Below, one piece after another: positions 17,695-27,053 of a DNA stretch of 64,000 nt. The translations under genes were made by a program, and so were the position numbers. Where the stretch lies: positions 148,880 to 212,879 of the forward strand of contig JBBIRK010000006.1 in the NCBI GenBank assembly GCA_037441845.1. Direction: 5' to 3'. The stretch comes from Candidatus Zixiibacteriota bacterium. GTDB taxonomy: Bacteria; Zixibacteria; MSB-5A5; UBA10806; 4484-95. How positions within the stretch are numbered: position 1 is the first letter of the stretch; every line of letters begins with the position of its first letter. The notes beneath the pieces are model-generated. The model was given only the letters and a program-made list of their open reading frames with translations. It was not told the origin of the DNA and searched no databases.

Positions 17695-18477
17695 TCAAAC
17701 TATGTAATAGATTTGCGGTTTGGTGCCGAGTCCGGCCTTGCGGCGGATAGTGAAATTTTCGCTGAGGATCCGCCTTACCTCCGAATCCGGATTTTCCAGG
17801 TCGCCGAAATGCAGCGCCTTATGTTTGCAGGCTTCGACACAGGCGGGAAGCAATCCCTTGGCCAGCCGCTCCTCGCAGAAAGTGCACTTTTCGACCACGC
17901 CGCGGCTGCGCGTCGGAAATTCCGGGCGCAGTTCTTTTATGAAAGGACGGGGATCGCGCCAGTTGAAACTGCGCGAACCGTAAGGACAGGCGGCCACGCA
18001 ATAGCGGCAGCCGATACACCTGTGCCAATCCATCATGACGATTCCGTCTTTGCGGCGCCAGGTAGCCTTCGTCGGGCAGACTCCCACGCAGGGGGGATTG
18101 TCGCAATGGTTGCAAAGCACCAATACCGGCTTTTCGAGCACCTCATGAACCAAATGCTCATGTTCTAAATCCGGAAACGCCCCCTCGAATTTTTCTTTCC
18201 ATATCCATTTGATTTCGTCTTTCGGATTATCGAACCGGGGCACATTATGGGTCAGATGACAGGCCTCGATACAATCGCGGCAATTATCAACCTCACGGCA
18301 TTTCCGAAAATCGACCACCATAGCCCAGCGGGCGGCGGTCAGCGGACCGCTGGTTTGCGGCGGATTGACGATCAGCGAATCCTCGCCGGCTATAGCCCGC
18401 AAAGGGAAATTGATTGCGCAGCCGAACGCCGCCGCTGAACCGGCCAAACGCAAAAATTCCCGCCTATTTACTGACAT
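17695..18477 (-). CDS. dsrO: DsrO, periplasmic ferredoxin-like 4Fe-4S protein with a Tat signal.
   Basis: The twin-arginine signal is MSVNRREFLRLAGSAAAFGCA. There are multiple Cys clusters (CRDCIEACH, CNHCDNPPCVGVCP, CIGCRYCVAACPYG, CTFCEERLAKGLLPACVEAC). Confidence 0.85.
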   Translation of the reverse strand: MSVNRREFLRLAGSAAAFGCAINFPLRAIAGEDSLIVNPPQTSGPLTAARWAMVVDFRKCREVDNCRDCIEACHLTHNVPRFDNPKDEIKWIWKEKFEGAFPDLEHEHLVHEVLEKPVLVLCNHCDNPPCVGVCPTKATWRRKDGIVMMDWHRCIGCRYCVAACPYGSRSFNWRDPRPFIKELRPEFPTRSRGVVEKCTFCEERLAKGLLPACVEACKHKALHFGDLENPDSEVRRILSENFTIRRKAGLGTKPQIYYIV

Positions 18478-18862
18478 TGCGCACCTCCTGCGGTTCCAGA
18501 TGGCAGTCCCAGCAATAAGGGCTGACGCCCACGAAGGTATGGCATTTGTCGCAAAAATCGGATTTGTTGGAATGGCAGTTCATACAAGTATTGGTCAGGC
18601 TCATTTCGATCTCTTTTCCCGTAAATGTCGTGTAAGTCCTGATTCCCCGACGAACTACCGAGTCGCGCCACTGATTGAGGAAATCCATGTGTGCGGCAGT
18701 CATATAATCTGTCGGAGCCACACATTGTTTTTCCGCTGTCACCAATTTCGGTTCCGGACGATAATCCGCTTGGCCGCTTATTAGAGCGTTATACCAGAAC
18801 GGCACCGTGATTATCGCCAGAAATATGATCAGTCCCGTCAAAATTTTACCAGCATCGTACAT
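18464..18862 (-). CDS. dsrJ: DsrJ, small trihaem cytochrome c.
   Basis: There are three CXXCH motifs (CMNCH, CDKCH, CWDCH), an N-terminal signal anchor, and the conserved extra Cys (EKQCVAP). The protein is 132 aa. Confidence 0.85.
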   Translation of the reverse strand: MYDAGKILTGLIIFLAIITVPFWYNALISGQADYRPEPKLVTAEKQCVAPTDYMTAAHMDFLNQWRDSVVRRGIRTYTTFTGKEIEMSLTNTCMNCHSNKSDFCDKCHTFVGVSPYCWDCHLEPQEVRNVSK

Positions 18863-18864
18863 AA

Positions 18865-20475
18865 TTACCGTTCCTCCCCCGGTGAAAACGGAGTTCCCCG
18901 CAGATCGACCTCCCGCTTTTTTTCGCCTTTCATTACCAACGCATTGCCGACCAGCTCATGCACGCCGGCAACCTCGACACCCGGCACCCAATATTCGAGC
19001 AGCGGCGGTAGCGTTGCTTTATCGATAGCGCAAATACAAGCCAGCAGATTGACGCCGTGCTTTTCACTGACGAACTTCACAGCGTTGGCTCGCGGCAAGC
19101 CTCCCCGAAGCCGCATTTCGAGATTTTCGTCGGTGCCCAATCCCGATCCGGAACCGCAGCAGAAAGTTTGCTCTCTGATAGTGTTTTCCGGCATCTCGTG
19201 GAAACGATTGCAGACGTTTTTCAATATATACCGCGGTTCCTCGAGCAACCCCATCGCCCTTGAGGGATTGCACGAATCGTGAAATGTCACGTTCCAATGG
19301 TCGTTGCGGCTCGGATCAAGTTTCAACTTTCCGTGCTTAATCAGGTCGGCGGTGAATTCGCAAATATGCACCATCTTGGTCGATTTGGCGTTTTCGAATC
19401 TGGTTCCCGTAATCGGCGAAACCGGCGGCTCGAGAAAATCGGCCGGACCGTTTATGGTGTCCATATATTGGTGAAGCACCCGCCACATATGCCCGCATTC
19501 GCCTCCGATTATCCATTTCACTTTCAGGCGGCGCGCTTCGGCGTAGATTTTGTTGTTCAGCCTTTTCATCATCTCGGCTGAATGGAACAGGCCGAAATTG
19601 CCCCCTTCGGAGGCATAAGCGCTGAAAGTATAGCTCAATCCGATTTCGTGGAACAGCGCCAGATAACCCAAGAGCGTGTAATAATGAGGCGTGCCGAAAT
19701 AATCCGCCGACGGCACCACGAATAAGATGTCTTTACCTTTCTCGTTGATCGGAGCGTTCACTCGTATTCCGGTCAATTCCTCAAGTTCGTCGACCGCGAA
19801 TTCGATACTGTCTTTGAATCCGTGGGGTTGAATTCCGAGATGATTGCCGGTGCGGAAACAATTGGCCGCCGGAGTGGTAATCCAGTCGATCCCGCAGCCG
19901 ATCAGATTCAACAGCTCGCGCACCATCATCGTAATTTCCGCCGTGTCTATTCCATAAGGGCAAAAAACCGAGCAGCGGCGGCACTCGGTGCATTGATAGA
20001 AATAATAGAACCACTCCTTCACGACTTGCTCGGTCAATTCTCTGGCGCCGGCCATCCTGCCCATTATCTTGCCCGCCAAAGTGAAATCGTTGCGATAAAC
20101 CGAACGGAGCAGCTCGGCGCGCAAGACCGGCATGTTTTTGGGATCGCCCGAACCGATGAAAAAATGACACTTGTCGGCGCAAGCTCCGCAGCGCACGCAT
20201 ATATCCATAAAAATTTTCAACGAACGGTATCGGTTCAGACGTTCTCGCAGCCCGTTCAAAATGATTTCTTTCCAATTTTCCGGCAACTTCCAGTCGGCGT
20301 CGGTCGGTTGCCATTTGCGGACATGGGGCAAGCCGAGATATTCAGCGCGCTCGGGAACCGCCGCATAATTGTATGTTCCGTGGCGGAATTCGACCGCCGG
20401 ATCCATCCAGCTTTTTTTCGGAGGATTATAATCTATGCGCCCGAGCTCTTCGGGTTTAGGTGTCTTTTCAGCCAT
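18865..20475 (-). CDS. dsrK: DsrK, HdrD-like catalytic subunit (4Fe-4S plus CCG domains).
   Basis: Motifs: CVRCGACADKCH, CTECRRCSVFCPYG, HDSCNPSRAMG, TFCCGSGSGLG. The start was moved to the ATG at 20475 (MAEKTPKPEELG). That ATG overlaps the dsrM TGA stop as ATGA. Confidence 0.85.
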   Translation of the reverse strand: MAEKTPKPEELGRIDYNPPKKSWMDPAVEFRHGTYNYAAVPERAEYLGLPHVRKWQPTDADWKLPENWKEIILNGLRERLNRYRSLKIFMDICVRCGACADKCHFFIGSGDPKNMPVLRAELLRSVYRNDFTLAGKIMGRMAGARELTEQVVKEWFYYFYQCTECRRCSVFCPYGIDTAEITMMVRELLNLIGCGIDWITTPAANCFRTGNHLGIQPHGFKDSIEFAVDELEELTGIRVNAPINEKGKDILFVVPSADYFGTPHYYTLLGYLALFHEIGLSYTFSAYASEGGNFGLFHSAEMMKRLNNKIYAEARRLKVKWIIGGECGHMWRVLHQYMDTINGPADFLEPPVSPITGTRFENAKSTKMVHICEFTADLIKHGKLKLDPSRNDHWNVTFHDSCNPSRAMGLLEEPRYILKNVCNRFHEMPENTIREQTFCCGSGSGLGTDENLEMRLRGGLPRANAVKFVSEKHGVNLLACICAIDKATLPPLLEYWVPGVEVAGVHELVGNALVMKGEKKREVDLRGTPFSPGEER

Positions 20476-21470
20476 CACTTGTCCTTTTCCATAGGCAATC
20501 CAGAGGCCTTGATCTTGTCGGCGAATTCTTCTTCCCACTCCTCGTAAGTGTGCACTTTAACCGGATAATCCCACGGATTGATATGCCGCCGGCTTCGGCT
20601 GTCATTGGGCATATTGCGCGTAGGGGATAAGAATACTCCGCCCATATGCATCAGTTTGCCATAAGGGAAATACGCCACCAATACACAAACCAAAAACAGG
20701 TGCAAGTAAAATAAAACTCCCAACCCGTCCGGCACGACCGGATTGAAACTGACAAGCCCCATCGCCAACTCTTTGACCGCCACGATATCGGTCTTGAAAA
20801 AATACCTCATCAACACTCCGGTCACCGCGATCGATCCGATCAGAAGCAAGGGAAAATAATCCGCGAAAAGGGAAAAATACCGCAGTTGAGCCGAAAACAA
20901 CCGCCGCAAAAACAAAAAAGTCAATGCCGCCAGCAGCGTGATATTAGTGATATATATAATCGGCACCCCGATCTGGAAAAAGCCGTCGATACTTTGCAAC
21001 AGTTTGACGAATCCCGGCACGGGCTCGGCGAAATAACGGTAATGACGCAGAAAGACGATTAAAAACGACCAATGAAAAACGAGTCCGCCCAACCATAACC
21101 ACTTGTTGGCGCTGTAGGTCAATTTCGGTCCCGTCCTCAATTCGGCTTTGGTGTTCCGAAACAGCGAACGGAACAGCAGCACTTCGAGCGCCATGCGGAC
21201 TATTACTCCCAACTTGGAACTCGGGTTGTCGATTTTATTCGATTTTATCCAGGGAAGGGAGGTCTGCTGGCCGCAAGTGGTTGTGATTTTGAACGGCACC
21301 GGCGATTTAGACCAGCCGATCACCCGATAGACCACACCGGCAAAAAACGCCGCAATCGCCGCATAAGGGATTACCACCCCGAACAGTGATTGCAATCGCA
21401 GCATTCCCGACCCGATCAAAGCAATCGCTATCAAACCACCGGCCGCCAGAAAAGATACGAAGGCATTCAT
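20475..21470 (-). CDS. dsrM: DsrM, NarI-family dihaem cytochrome b membrane subunit.
   Basis: 331 aa, 5-6 TM helices, C-terminal YFPYGKLMHMGGVF, and a position upstream of dsrK. Confidence 0.8.
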   Translation of the reverse strand: MNAFVSFLAAGGLIAIALIGSGMLRLQSLFGVVIPYAAIAAFFAGVVYRVIGWSKSPVPFKITTTCGQQTSLPWIKSNKIDNPSSKLGVIVRMALEVLLFRSLFRNTKAELRTGPKLTYSANKWLWLGGLVFHWSFLIVFLRHYRYFAEPVPGFVKLLQSIDGFFQIGVPIIYITNITLLAALTFLFLRRLFSAQLRYFSLFADYFPLLLIGSIAVTGVLMRYFFKTDIVAVKELAMGLVSFNPVVPDGLGVLFYLHLFLVCVLVAYFPYGKLMHMGGVFLSPTRNMPNDSRSRRHINPWDYPVKVHTYEEWEEEFADKIKASGLPMEKDK

Positions 21471-21518
21471 GGTCCGACGACCTTTCTTCTGGGGCGATTT
21501 GGAATTTCAGCCATACGC

Positions 21519-22037
21519 TTATACCTCGTCTTGAATATCGTTGCTTTCGAGAAGACACGCTCTATCGAGCAGTTTCTGATATCTGCGCTTGAATTCGTTT
21601 ATTTTAATCCGACCCAGCTGTTCCCGGCATTCCATGTAAATATCGAAACAATTCAGCGCGATTTCGTCGATCTTTTCGGATATGCGGGCATATTCCTTCC
21701 GGGTTTCGTGATCCTCCAGATCGACCGCAAGTTCCTCGCTTATTATTTTTTTCAATTGAAATATGAAACCGAGCGCCCGCGATGGATCGAAATCCTGCAC
21801 CGCCCTGATCTTGATCAGCTCGATCGGCAATTTCCCGTCGTGATCGCCGCTGTCCAACAACCGGTCGTAAATGCAGGCCAAGTTTTCTTTCATGGTGTGA
21901 CCGACCGGATTCAGAAATCGATCGCGTTGATTTTTAAGGTGCGCCCTGGCGCGCGGCTCATAAGTGGCCACGACACTGTCGGTCCATTTGTCGAGAATCC
22001 CTTCTCGGCGTTGCCGCAGCAGATTCAAAAGCGACAT
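21519..22037 (-). CDS. dsrT: DsrT-like protein (RsbRD-N-like domain protein commonly encoded between dsrC and dsrMKJOP).
   Basis: 172-aa soluble helical protein with no cofactor motifs. The call rests mainly on its position between dsrC and dsrM and on general similarity to DsrT/RsbRD_N proteins. It was not verified by alignment. Confidence 0.4.
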   Translation of the reverse strand: MSLLNLLRQRREGILDKWTDSVVATYEPRARAHLKNQRDRFLNPVGHTMKENLACIYDRLLDSGDHDGKLPIELIKIRAVQDFDPSRALGFIFQLKKIISEELAVDLEDHETRKEYARISEKIDEIALNCFDIYMECREQLGRIKINEFKRRYQKLLDRACLLESNDIQDEV

Positions 22038-22081
22038 CGCTCAAACACCGCCCTTTCGGCCCGATATCGACCTGTTAAAAT

Positions 22082-22119
22082 GGGGTTTCCGGGAAACTCC
22101 ATTTTAACCCGAAAACCCC
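22082..22119 (-). terminator. Imperfect stem-loop (GGGGTTTCCGGG...CCCGAAAACCCC) followed on the - strand by AUUUUAAC. Possible partial terminator downstream of dsrC.
   Basis: Inverted repeat with one mismatch and a 14-nt loop, in the 101-nt dsrC-dsrT gap. Confidence 0.3.
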
Positions 22120-22138
22120 GCGAAATTACAAGCAGCGA

Positions 22139-22456
22139 TTAAACGCAGCCGGTCGGTTTCGCCAATCCGGCGACCTTGCAGGCTCCCTTGGCCGGTCCCG
22201 AGGGAAACAGCTCGTAGATCTCTTTCAGCGAAAATCCGGTTTCCTTGCAGAGCTTGCGGATCATCGGCGCGATACCGAATTTCTGATAATAATCGCGCAG
22301 ATAGTTGACTACCTTCCAGTGCTTTTCCGTCATTTCGGTTACGCCCTCGGCACCGGCGAGCGCTCTGGCTACATCCTCATTCCATTTATCCATTTCCTGG
22401 ATAAACCCGTCCTCATCAACCTCGATTCTCACGTTTCCTGCTTCGAAAATCGGCAT
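22139..22456 (-). CDS. dsrC: DsrC, with the conserved C-terminal swinging arm carrying both cysteines.
   Basis: 105 aa ending ...FPSGPAKGACKVAGLAKPTGCV. This is the GAC(K)...PTGCV DsrC signature. Confidence 0.9.
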   Translation of the reverse strand: MPIFEAGNVRIEVDEDGFIQEMDKWNEDVARALAGAEGVTEMTEKHWKVVNYLRDYYQKFGIAPMIRKLCKETGFSLKEIYELFPSGPAKGACKVAGLAKPTGCV

Positions 22457-22497
22457 TTCATTCCTCCATTCTTTTTATTTTTTATCTTGATTGTTGG

Positions 22498-24180
22498 CTA
22501 ATGCATCTCGATATATCCACAGGGACAATTCTCCGCGCATTTCTTGCAGCCGTTGCAAAACTCGAGTTTGAATTTATACTCCTGCCCCCGCACTAAAGGC
22601 TTAACGATCGCGTTGTCCTGGCATAGACTCCAGCAGGTTCCGCAATCGAAACAAAGGCCGCAGCTCATGCAACGCTTCGATTCTGCCACCGCCTCCTCGA
22701 ACGTCAACGTGCTGGTGATCTCGGCGTCGAGGCTTTTCAGCCTTTCTTCAACCGGAAGCTGTTTCGCTTTGACCGGGTGCGCCTCGGGGAAATAAGTATG
22801 AGCCATCTTGTCCAACGTTATCAAATCCAGCTTTTCCGGCACGCGGATCGGGTTATTCGAAATCAATTCGTCGATCGCCAGCGCCGCCATCCGCCCGTGA
22901 TAAATCGCGGTGATCACCAACCCCAGTTCGATATCGTCTCCGCCGGAATAAGTCCCAGCGTCCCTGGTCTGACCCTTTTCGTCAACCTTGATCCAATCTT
23001 TTCCATCTATCAATTTGTCCAACCCGGTGAAATCCGGCTCCTGGCTTATCGCCGCTATAAGAGTGGAAAATTTCAAGTCGAACGTGTCACCTTCGATTGG
23101 AACCGGCCGCCTTCTTCCCGATGAGTCAGGTTCACCCAATTGCATCCTCTGACATTTGGCGCCGACCGCTTTGCCGTTTTCCTGATAAATTTCTATCGGA
23201 GCCGCAAGATATTCGATAGCCACGCCCTCTTCCTCGGCGCCATCGATTTCCTCGCAGATCGCCGGCATCTCCGCTCTGGTGCGGCGGTATAAAATCGTGG
23301 CTTTGGCGCCCAATCTGCGGGCTACACGAGCGGCATCTATAGCGGTGTCACCGCCGCCGATCACCACCACATGATCTCCGACATCGAGCTTTTCGCCGGT
23401 GTTTATCCGGTGAAGAAACGCCGTTCCCGTAAAAACGTTGGGGGCATCTTCACCCTTAATCCGAAGTTTAATCCCTTGATGCGCTCCGATCCCCACGAAA
23501 ATCGCCTTGTAATCTTGTTTCAGCTTATCGTAGGCGATATCTTTGCCGACGATGGTGTTCGTTTTGAGTTCCACTCCCAGGTCGACTATCCGCTGTATTT
23601 CGGCGTCGAGAACATGCTGCGGCAGGCGATAGTCCGGTATCCCGTAGCGAAGCATACCGCCCGTCTTCGGAAACGCCTCGAATACCGTAACCGGATAACC
23701 GCGGCGGGCAAGCTGGTAAGCGCAAGACATACCGGCGGGGCCGGAACCGATTACCGCTATTTTCTCGGCCTTTTTCGTTTCGCTGATCAGTCTGGGCTTG
23801 AGGTTTTTGGATAATCCATAGTCGCCTATAAATCTCTCGATATTATTGATCCCGACCGCGCCTTCTTTATCCTTGCGATTACACTGGCTTTCGCATGGGT
23901 GTGGGCAAACCCGGCCGCATACCGAAGGGAACGGGGTCGTTTCGAGAAATATGTAGAACGCTTTCGCCAGGGTTTCATCGTAACTCTGACCGAAATCCTC
24001 GGTTCTCGAAATCGCCGTGATCATCTCCCGAATTCTGTTGTGATTCGGACAGGTATTTATGCATGGCGGCATCTTTTCCACCAGCTTGGGGCGCAATGGG
24101 GAGGTCTCTACGCTCGAGCCCCCCGACGATCGCGAAAGACTTCGCAAACCGGTTTTGGTTTTTTTGACTATTTTAGCCAT
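22498..24180 (-). CDS. dsrL: DsrL-like NAD(P)H:acceptor oxidoreductase. It is GltD-like with an extra C-terminal 2x[4Fe-4S] ferredoxin domain, probably the short DsrL-2 type.
   Basis: GltD-like N-terminal Cys cluster (CINTCPNH...CGRVCPHPCESQC). FAD site VIGSGPAGMSCAYQLARRG. NAD(P) site VVVIGGGDTAIDAARVARRLG. C-terminal ferredoxin CMSCGLCFDCGTCWSLCQ...CNGCKKCAENCPCG, which GltD, NfnB and SudA lack. It sits between dsrN and dsrC. Confidence 0.65.
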   Translation of the reverse strand: MAKIVKKTKTGLRSLSRSSGGSSVETSPLRPKLVEKMPPCINTCPNHNRIREMITAISRTEDFGQSYDETLAKAFYIFLETTPFPSVCGRVCPHPCESQCNRKDKEGAVGINNIERFIGDYGLSKNLKPRLISETKKAEKIAVIGSGPAGMSCAYQLARRGYPVTVFEAFPKTGGMLRYGIPDYRLPQHVLDAEIQRIVDLGVELKTNTIVGKDIAYDKLKQDYKAIFVGIGAHQGIKLRIKGEDAPNVFTGTAFLHRINTGEKLDVGDHVVVIGGGDTAIDAARVARRLGAKATILYRRTRAEMPAICEEIDGAEEEGVAIEYLAAPIEIYQENGKAVGAKCQRMQLGEPDSSGRRRPVPIEGDTFDLKFSTLIAAISQEPDFTGLDKLIDGKDWIKVDEKGQTRDAGTYSGGDDIELGLVITAIYHGRMAALAIDELISNNPIRVPEKLDLITLDKMAHTYFPEAHPVKAKQLPVEERLKSLDAEITSTLTFEEAVAESKRCMSCGLCFDCGTCWSLCQDNAIVKPLVRGQEYKFKLEFCNGCKKCAENCPCGYIEMH

Positions 24181-24195
24181 GATCGACTCTCTTTA

Positions 24196-25647
24196 TTATA
24201 ATGCTTTTTTTAACGCAGGTTTATTTTCACTGTTCAGGCGGTTCGCAGCAGCTGCCTTCTGCTTATATTCAATCGCCTTTTGCACGAATGCGGGCGCCCA
24301 CGATTTGACACCTTCGGCATGGATATGCAGATAACTTGCCATCGAGTTTTTGAAGACGATGCCGTCGCGTTTTCCCCCCAAGCCGGTTCCGATCTTCAGC
24401 CCCAGGCAGGTTGTATACTCATTATTCGAAAAATCCAGCGGATATGTATAATGAAATTCATGTCCCTTGATTATAGTGCCCCGCTCGTAATAAGGATTAT
24501 CTTTATCTACGACAGCCACCTCATAGCCGTGGCCGGCCGGTTTATCGCCGATACCGAGTCTTAAATTCAAAATCGAGGCCATCGGGTAACTCGCATGGTC
24601 CAATTCCAAGCTTTTTGATAGATAAATAAGGCCGCCGCATTCGGCGTAGATCGGCATGCCGCTTTCCGCCGCCTGTCGCACCGATTCCATCATGCTTTTA
24701 TTCGAGGCCAACCGCGCGGCGTGCGTTTCGGGGAATCCTCCCCCGATATAGAGGCCGTCCAGCTCCGGCAGACGGGGCTCGTCCAAAGGCGAAACCGCAA
24801 TGAGTTCGGCTCCAAAACGCCTTAAAGCCTCCAGATTTTCAGGATAATAAAAGGTGAAAGAAGAATCCGCGAAATAACCGATTCTTGCTTTTTTCGGAAT
24901 ATCTTCCGGAATTTCCGCGAAAACGTTGTGTTTGATCTCCATCGCCGGCGCCTGCGCAGCCACCTTGATCAATTCATCGATCTCTATGAATTCGCCGCCG
25001 ATTTGCATTGTTTTTTCTTCCAGTTTTTCCATCTTCCCGAATTCGTCCGGAGGTATCAGCCCGAGGTGCCGCTGAGGAATCAAATGATCGTGTTCGGTAA
25101 ATGACGGGATCGCTCCCAGAACGGGGATTCCGCAATACTTGGCTATCGATTCCTGGATTACCTTACGGTGTCTGGCGCCGGCCACTTTATTGAGGATAAC
25201 CCCTTTAATCTGCAGTTTTTTGTCGAAATCGAGACACCCTTTCAGCAGTGCGGCGATGGTTCTCGTGGTTTTGGCGGCATTGATCACCAGAACCACCGGC
25301 GACTGAATCAGTTTGGCCAGCTCGGCCGTGCTGTTTACCCCCGATTCATCTCTGCCGTCGAAAATTCCCCGGTTGCCCTCGACAACCGCGATATCGCAAT
25401 CGCTTGATCTCGAAACGAACGATCTCCATACCAATTCGGGTTCTGCCATGAAGGTGTCGAGGTTGTAGCAGCTTCGCCCGGCGATTTTACCCAGCCAGGC
25501 TGAATCGATATAATCCGGCCCCTTTTTGAATACCGCCGTCCTCAGGCCGCGGCGACGCAGAGCCGCCACGGCGCTGAGACAAACTATCGTCTTGCCGGAA
25601 TCGCCGGACAAACCGGCGATCACCAGCCGGGGCAATTCAAACCGCAT
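24196..25647 (-). CDS. dsrN: DsrN, cobyrinic acid a,c-diamide synthase homologue (sirohaem amidase).
   Basis: The CbiA/CobB N-terminal ATPase motif is VIAGLSGDSGKTIVCLSA. The C-terminal glutamine amidotransferase domain has an active-site Cys (YAECGGLIYL). It lies directly downstream of dsrABD. Confidence 0.8.
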   Translation of the reverse strand: MRFELPRLVIAGLSGDSGKTIVCLSAVAALRRRGLRTAVFKKGPDYIDSAWLGKIAGRSCYNLDTFMAEPELVWRSFVSRSSDCDIAVVEGNRGIFDGRDESGVNSTAELAKLIQSPVVLVINAAKTTRTIAALLKGCLDFDKKLQIKGVILNKVAGARHRKVIQESIAKYCGIPVLGAIPSFTEHDHLIPQRHLGLIPPDEFGKMEKLEEKTMQIGGEFIEIDELIKVAAQAPAMEIKHNVFAEIPEDIPKKARIGYFADSSFTFYYPENLEALRRFGAELIAVSPLDEPRLPELDGLYIGGGFPETHAARLASNKSMMESVRQAAESGMPIYAECGGLIYLSKSLELDHASYPMASILNLRLGIGDKPAGHGYEVAVVDKDNPYYERGTIIKGHEFHYTYPLDFSNNEYTTCLGLKIGTGLGGKRDGIVFKNSMASYLHIHAEGVKSWAPAFVQKAIEYKQKAAAANRLNSENKPALKKAL

Positions 25648-25675
25648 CGAGGAAATCCTCCGGAACGATCCGGAT

Positions 25676-25921
25676 TTAATCGTTGGCCGCGCCTTCTTTA
25701 TGCGGCAATTCGATAAAACTGCCGCCGAAATAAGTGTAAACGCAGCGGCCGGAATTCATCAGCTCTTTAATGGCTTCTTTGCAGAGCTGTTTGTCGACCT
25801 CGTCGCCGTAGAGCTCGATCATGGCCTTGGTCAGATCGGTCGCTTTCAGCTTCTTTTGACCGGTCGATTCCTTGACCAATTTGTACATCGCATCGGCGAT
25901 TTCACTTACGGTTTTAGCCAC
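25676..25921 (-). CDS. dsrD: DsrD, small winged-helix protein of reductive dsr operons.
   Basis: 81 aa, Lys-rich. Its C-terminal ...SGRCVYTYFGGSFIELPHKEG resembles the DsrD ...EYWSSGSTTMYGLKG end. It is positioned immediately after dsrB. Confidence 0.7.
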   Translation of the reverse strand: MAKTVSEIADAMYKLVKESTGQKKLKATDLTKAMIELYGDEVDKQLCKEAIKELMNSGRCVYTYFGGSFIELPHKEGAAND

Positions 25922-25933
25922 TTAAATTACTCC

Positions 25934-27016
25934 TCAAAAGGTTAAATGCGTCGAACGCTTAAAGGTCAGGCCGGCATGCTTGAAATCATCGATATGCTCT
26001 TTGCGGAATTCTATTCCGGCCATCCTGAAAAAGCGCGGCCAGCCGATACGCTCGATCCATTCGCCCATGCGTTCGTATTTCTTGGCATTCTTGGCCCAGA
26101 GCTCGACGATGTTCTTGACTGCGCTGGTAACCTCGGGCCAACGCGGCGGATTGTTGGGCAAGAACGGTATCGCCAGCTTCGAAAACATCGGCTCATGTCT
26201 GGCATTGGACACTTTGCCGCCTACCCAGATAGATACGCCGTCGTTGAGCGGATCGTTCAATTTCATGGCCGGGCAGACGGTATAGCAGTTGGCGCAGAAC
26301 ATGCAGCGCTCTTCGATAACCTCAACCGATGGCTTGCCGTTCACCGTCGCCGGTCTGATCGCCGCCGTCGGGCAGGAGGCGCTGACATTGGGAATTTCGC
26401 AGATGTTTTTCAAATTGTCATGGTCTATTTTCGGCGGCCTGCGATGTATCCCGAGAATCGCGATATCCGAACAATGCACCGCGCCGCACATATTGAGGCA
26501 GCAGGCGAGCGCGATCCGTAGTTTGCCGGGCAGCTTCATGTTCTCGAAATAGTCGATCAATTCGTCCATCACCGATTTGACGATGCCCGAAGCGTCGGTG
26601 GCGGCCGAGTGGCAATGGATCCACCCCTGGGTGTGCACGATACTCGAAATCGAGTTCTGAATTCCGCCGACCGGATGGCCGAGCGCTTTTACTTCTTTGA
26701 TCAATGGCTCGATATTTTCCGGCTTGGTGAGCAGAAATTCCACGTTATGCCGGCTGGTGAAACGCAGATAGCCGTCGCAGTATTTATCCGCCAGATCGGC
26801 ATACATCCTGATTTTCTGAATGCTCAGCAACCGCGGCGACCCCACCCGAACTGAGTAAAGTTTATCGCCGCTTTCGGCCACATGGACCATCACCCCGGGT
26901 TTTATGACCTCATGATATCTCCATTTGCCGTAATTCTTCTTGATAATGGGCGGCAAAAATTTCTCGTAATGCGGCGGACCAATATCGGTTTTTCTTGCCT
27001 GTGCTGTTTCTGCCAT
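25934..27016 (-). CDS. dsrB: Dissimilatory sulfite reductase beta subunit.
   Basis: [18 protein letters not shown], sirohaem/FeS Cys clusters ([13 protein letters not shown]), and the ferredoxin insert CPTAAIRP...[12 protein letters not shown]. Confidence 0.9.
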   Translation of the reverse strand: MAETAQARKTDIGPPHYEKFLPPIIKKNYGKWRYHEVIKPGVMVHVAESGDKLYSVRVGSPRLLSIQKIRMYADLADKYCDGYLRFTSRHNVEFLLTKPENIEPLIKEVKALGHPVGGIQNSISSIVHTQGWIHCHSAATDASGIVKSVMDELIDYFENMKLPGKLRIALACCLNMCGAVHCSDIAILGIHRRPPKIDHDNLKNICEIPNVSASCPTAAIRPATVNGKPSVEVIEERCMFCANCYTVCPAMKLNDPLNDGVSIWVGGKVSNARHEPMFSKLAIPFLPNNPPRWPEVTSAVKNIVELWAKNAKKYERMGEWIERIGWPRFFRMAGIEFRKEHIDDFKHAGLTFKRSTHLTF

Positions 27017-27053
27017 GGTTTACCTCTATTTTTATCGCTTTCCTTCCTGTTTA

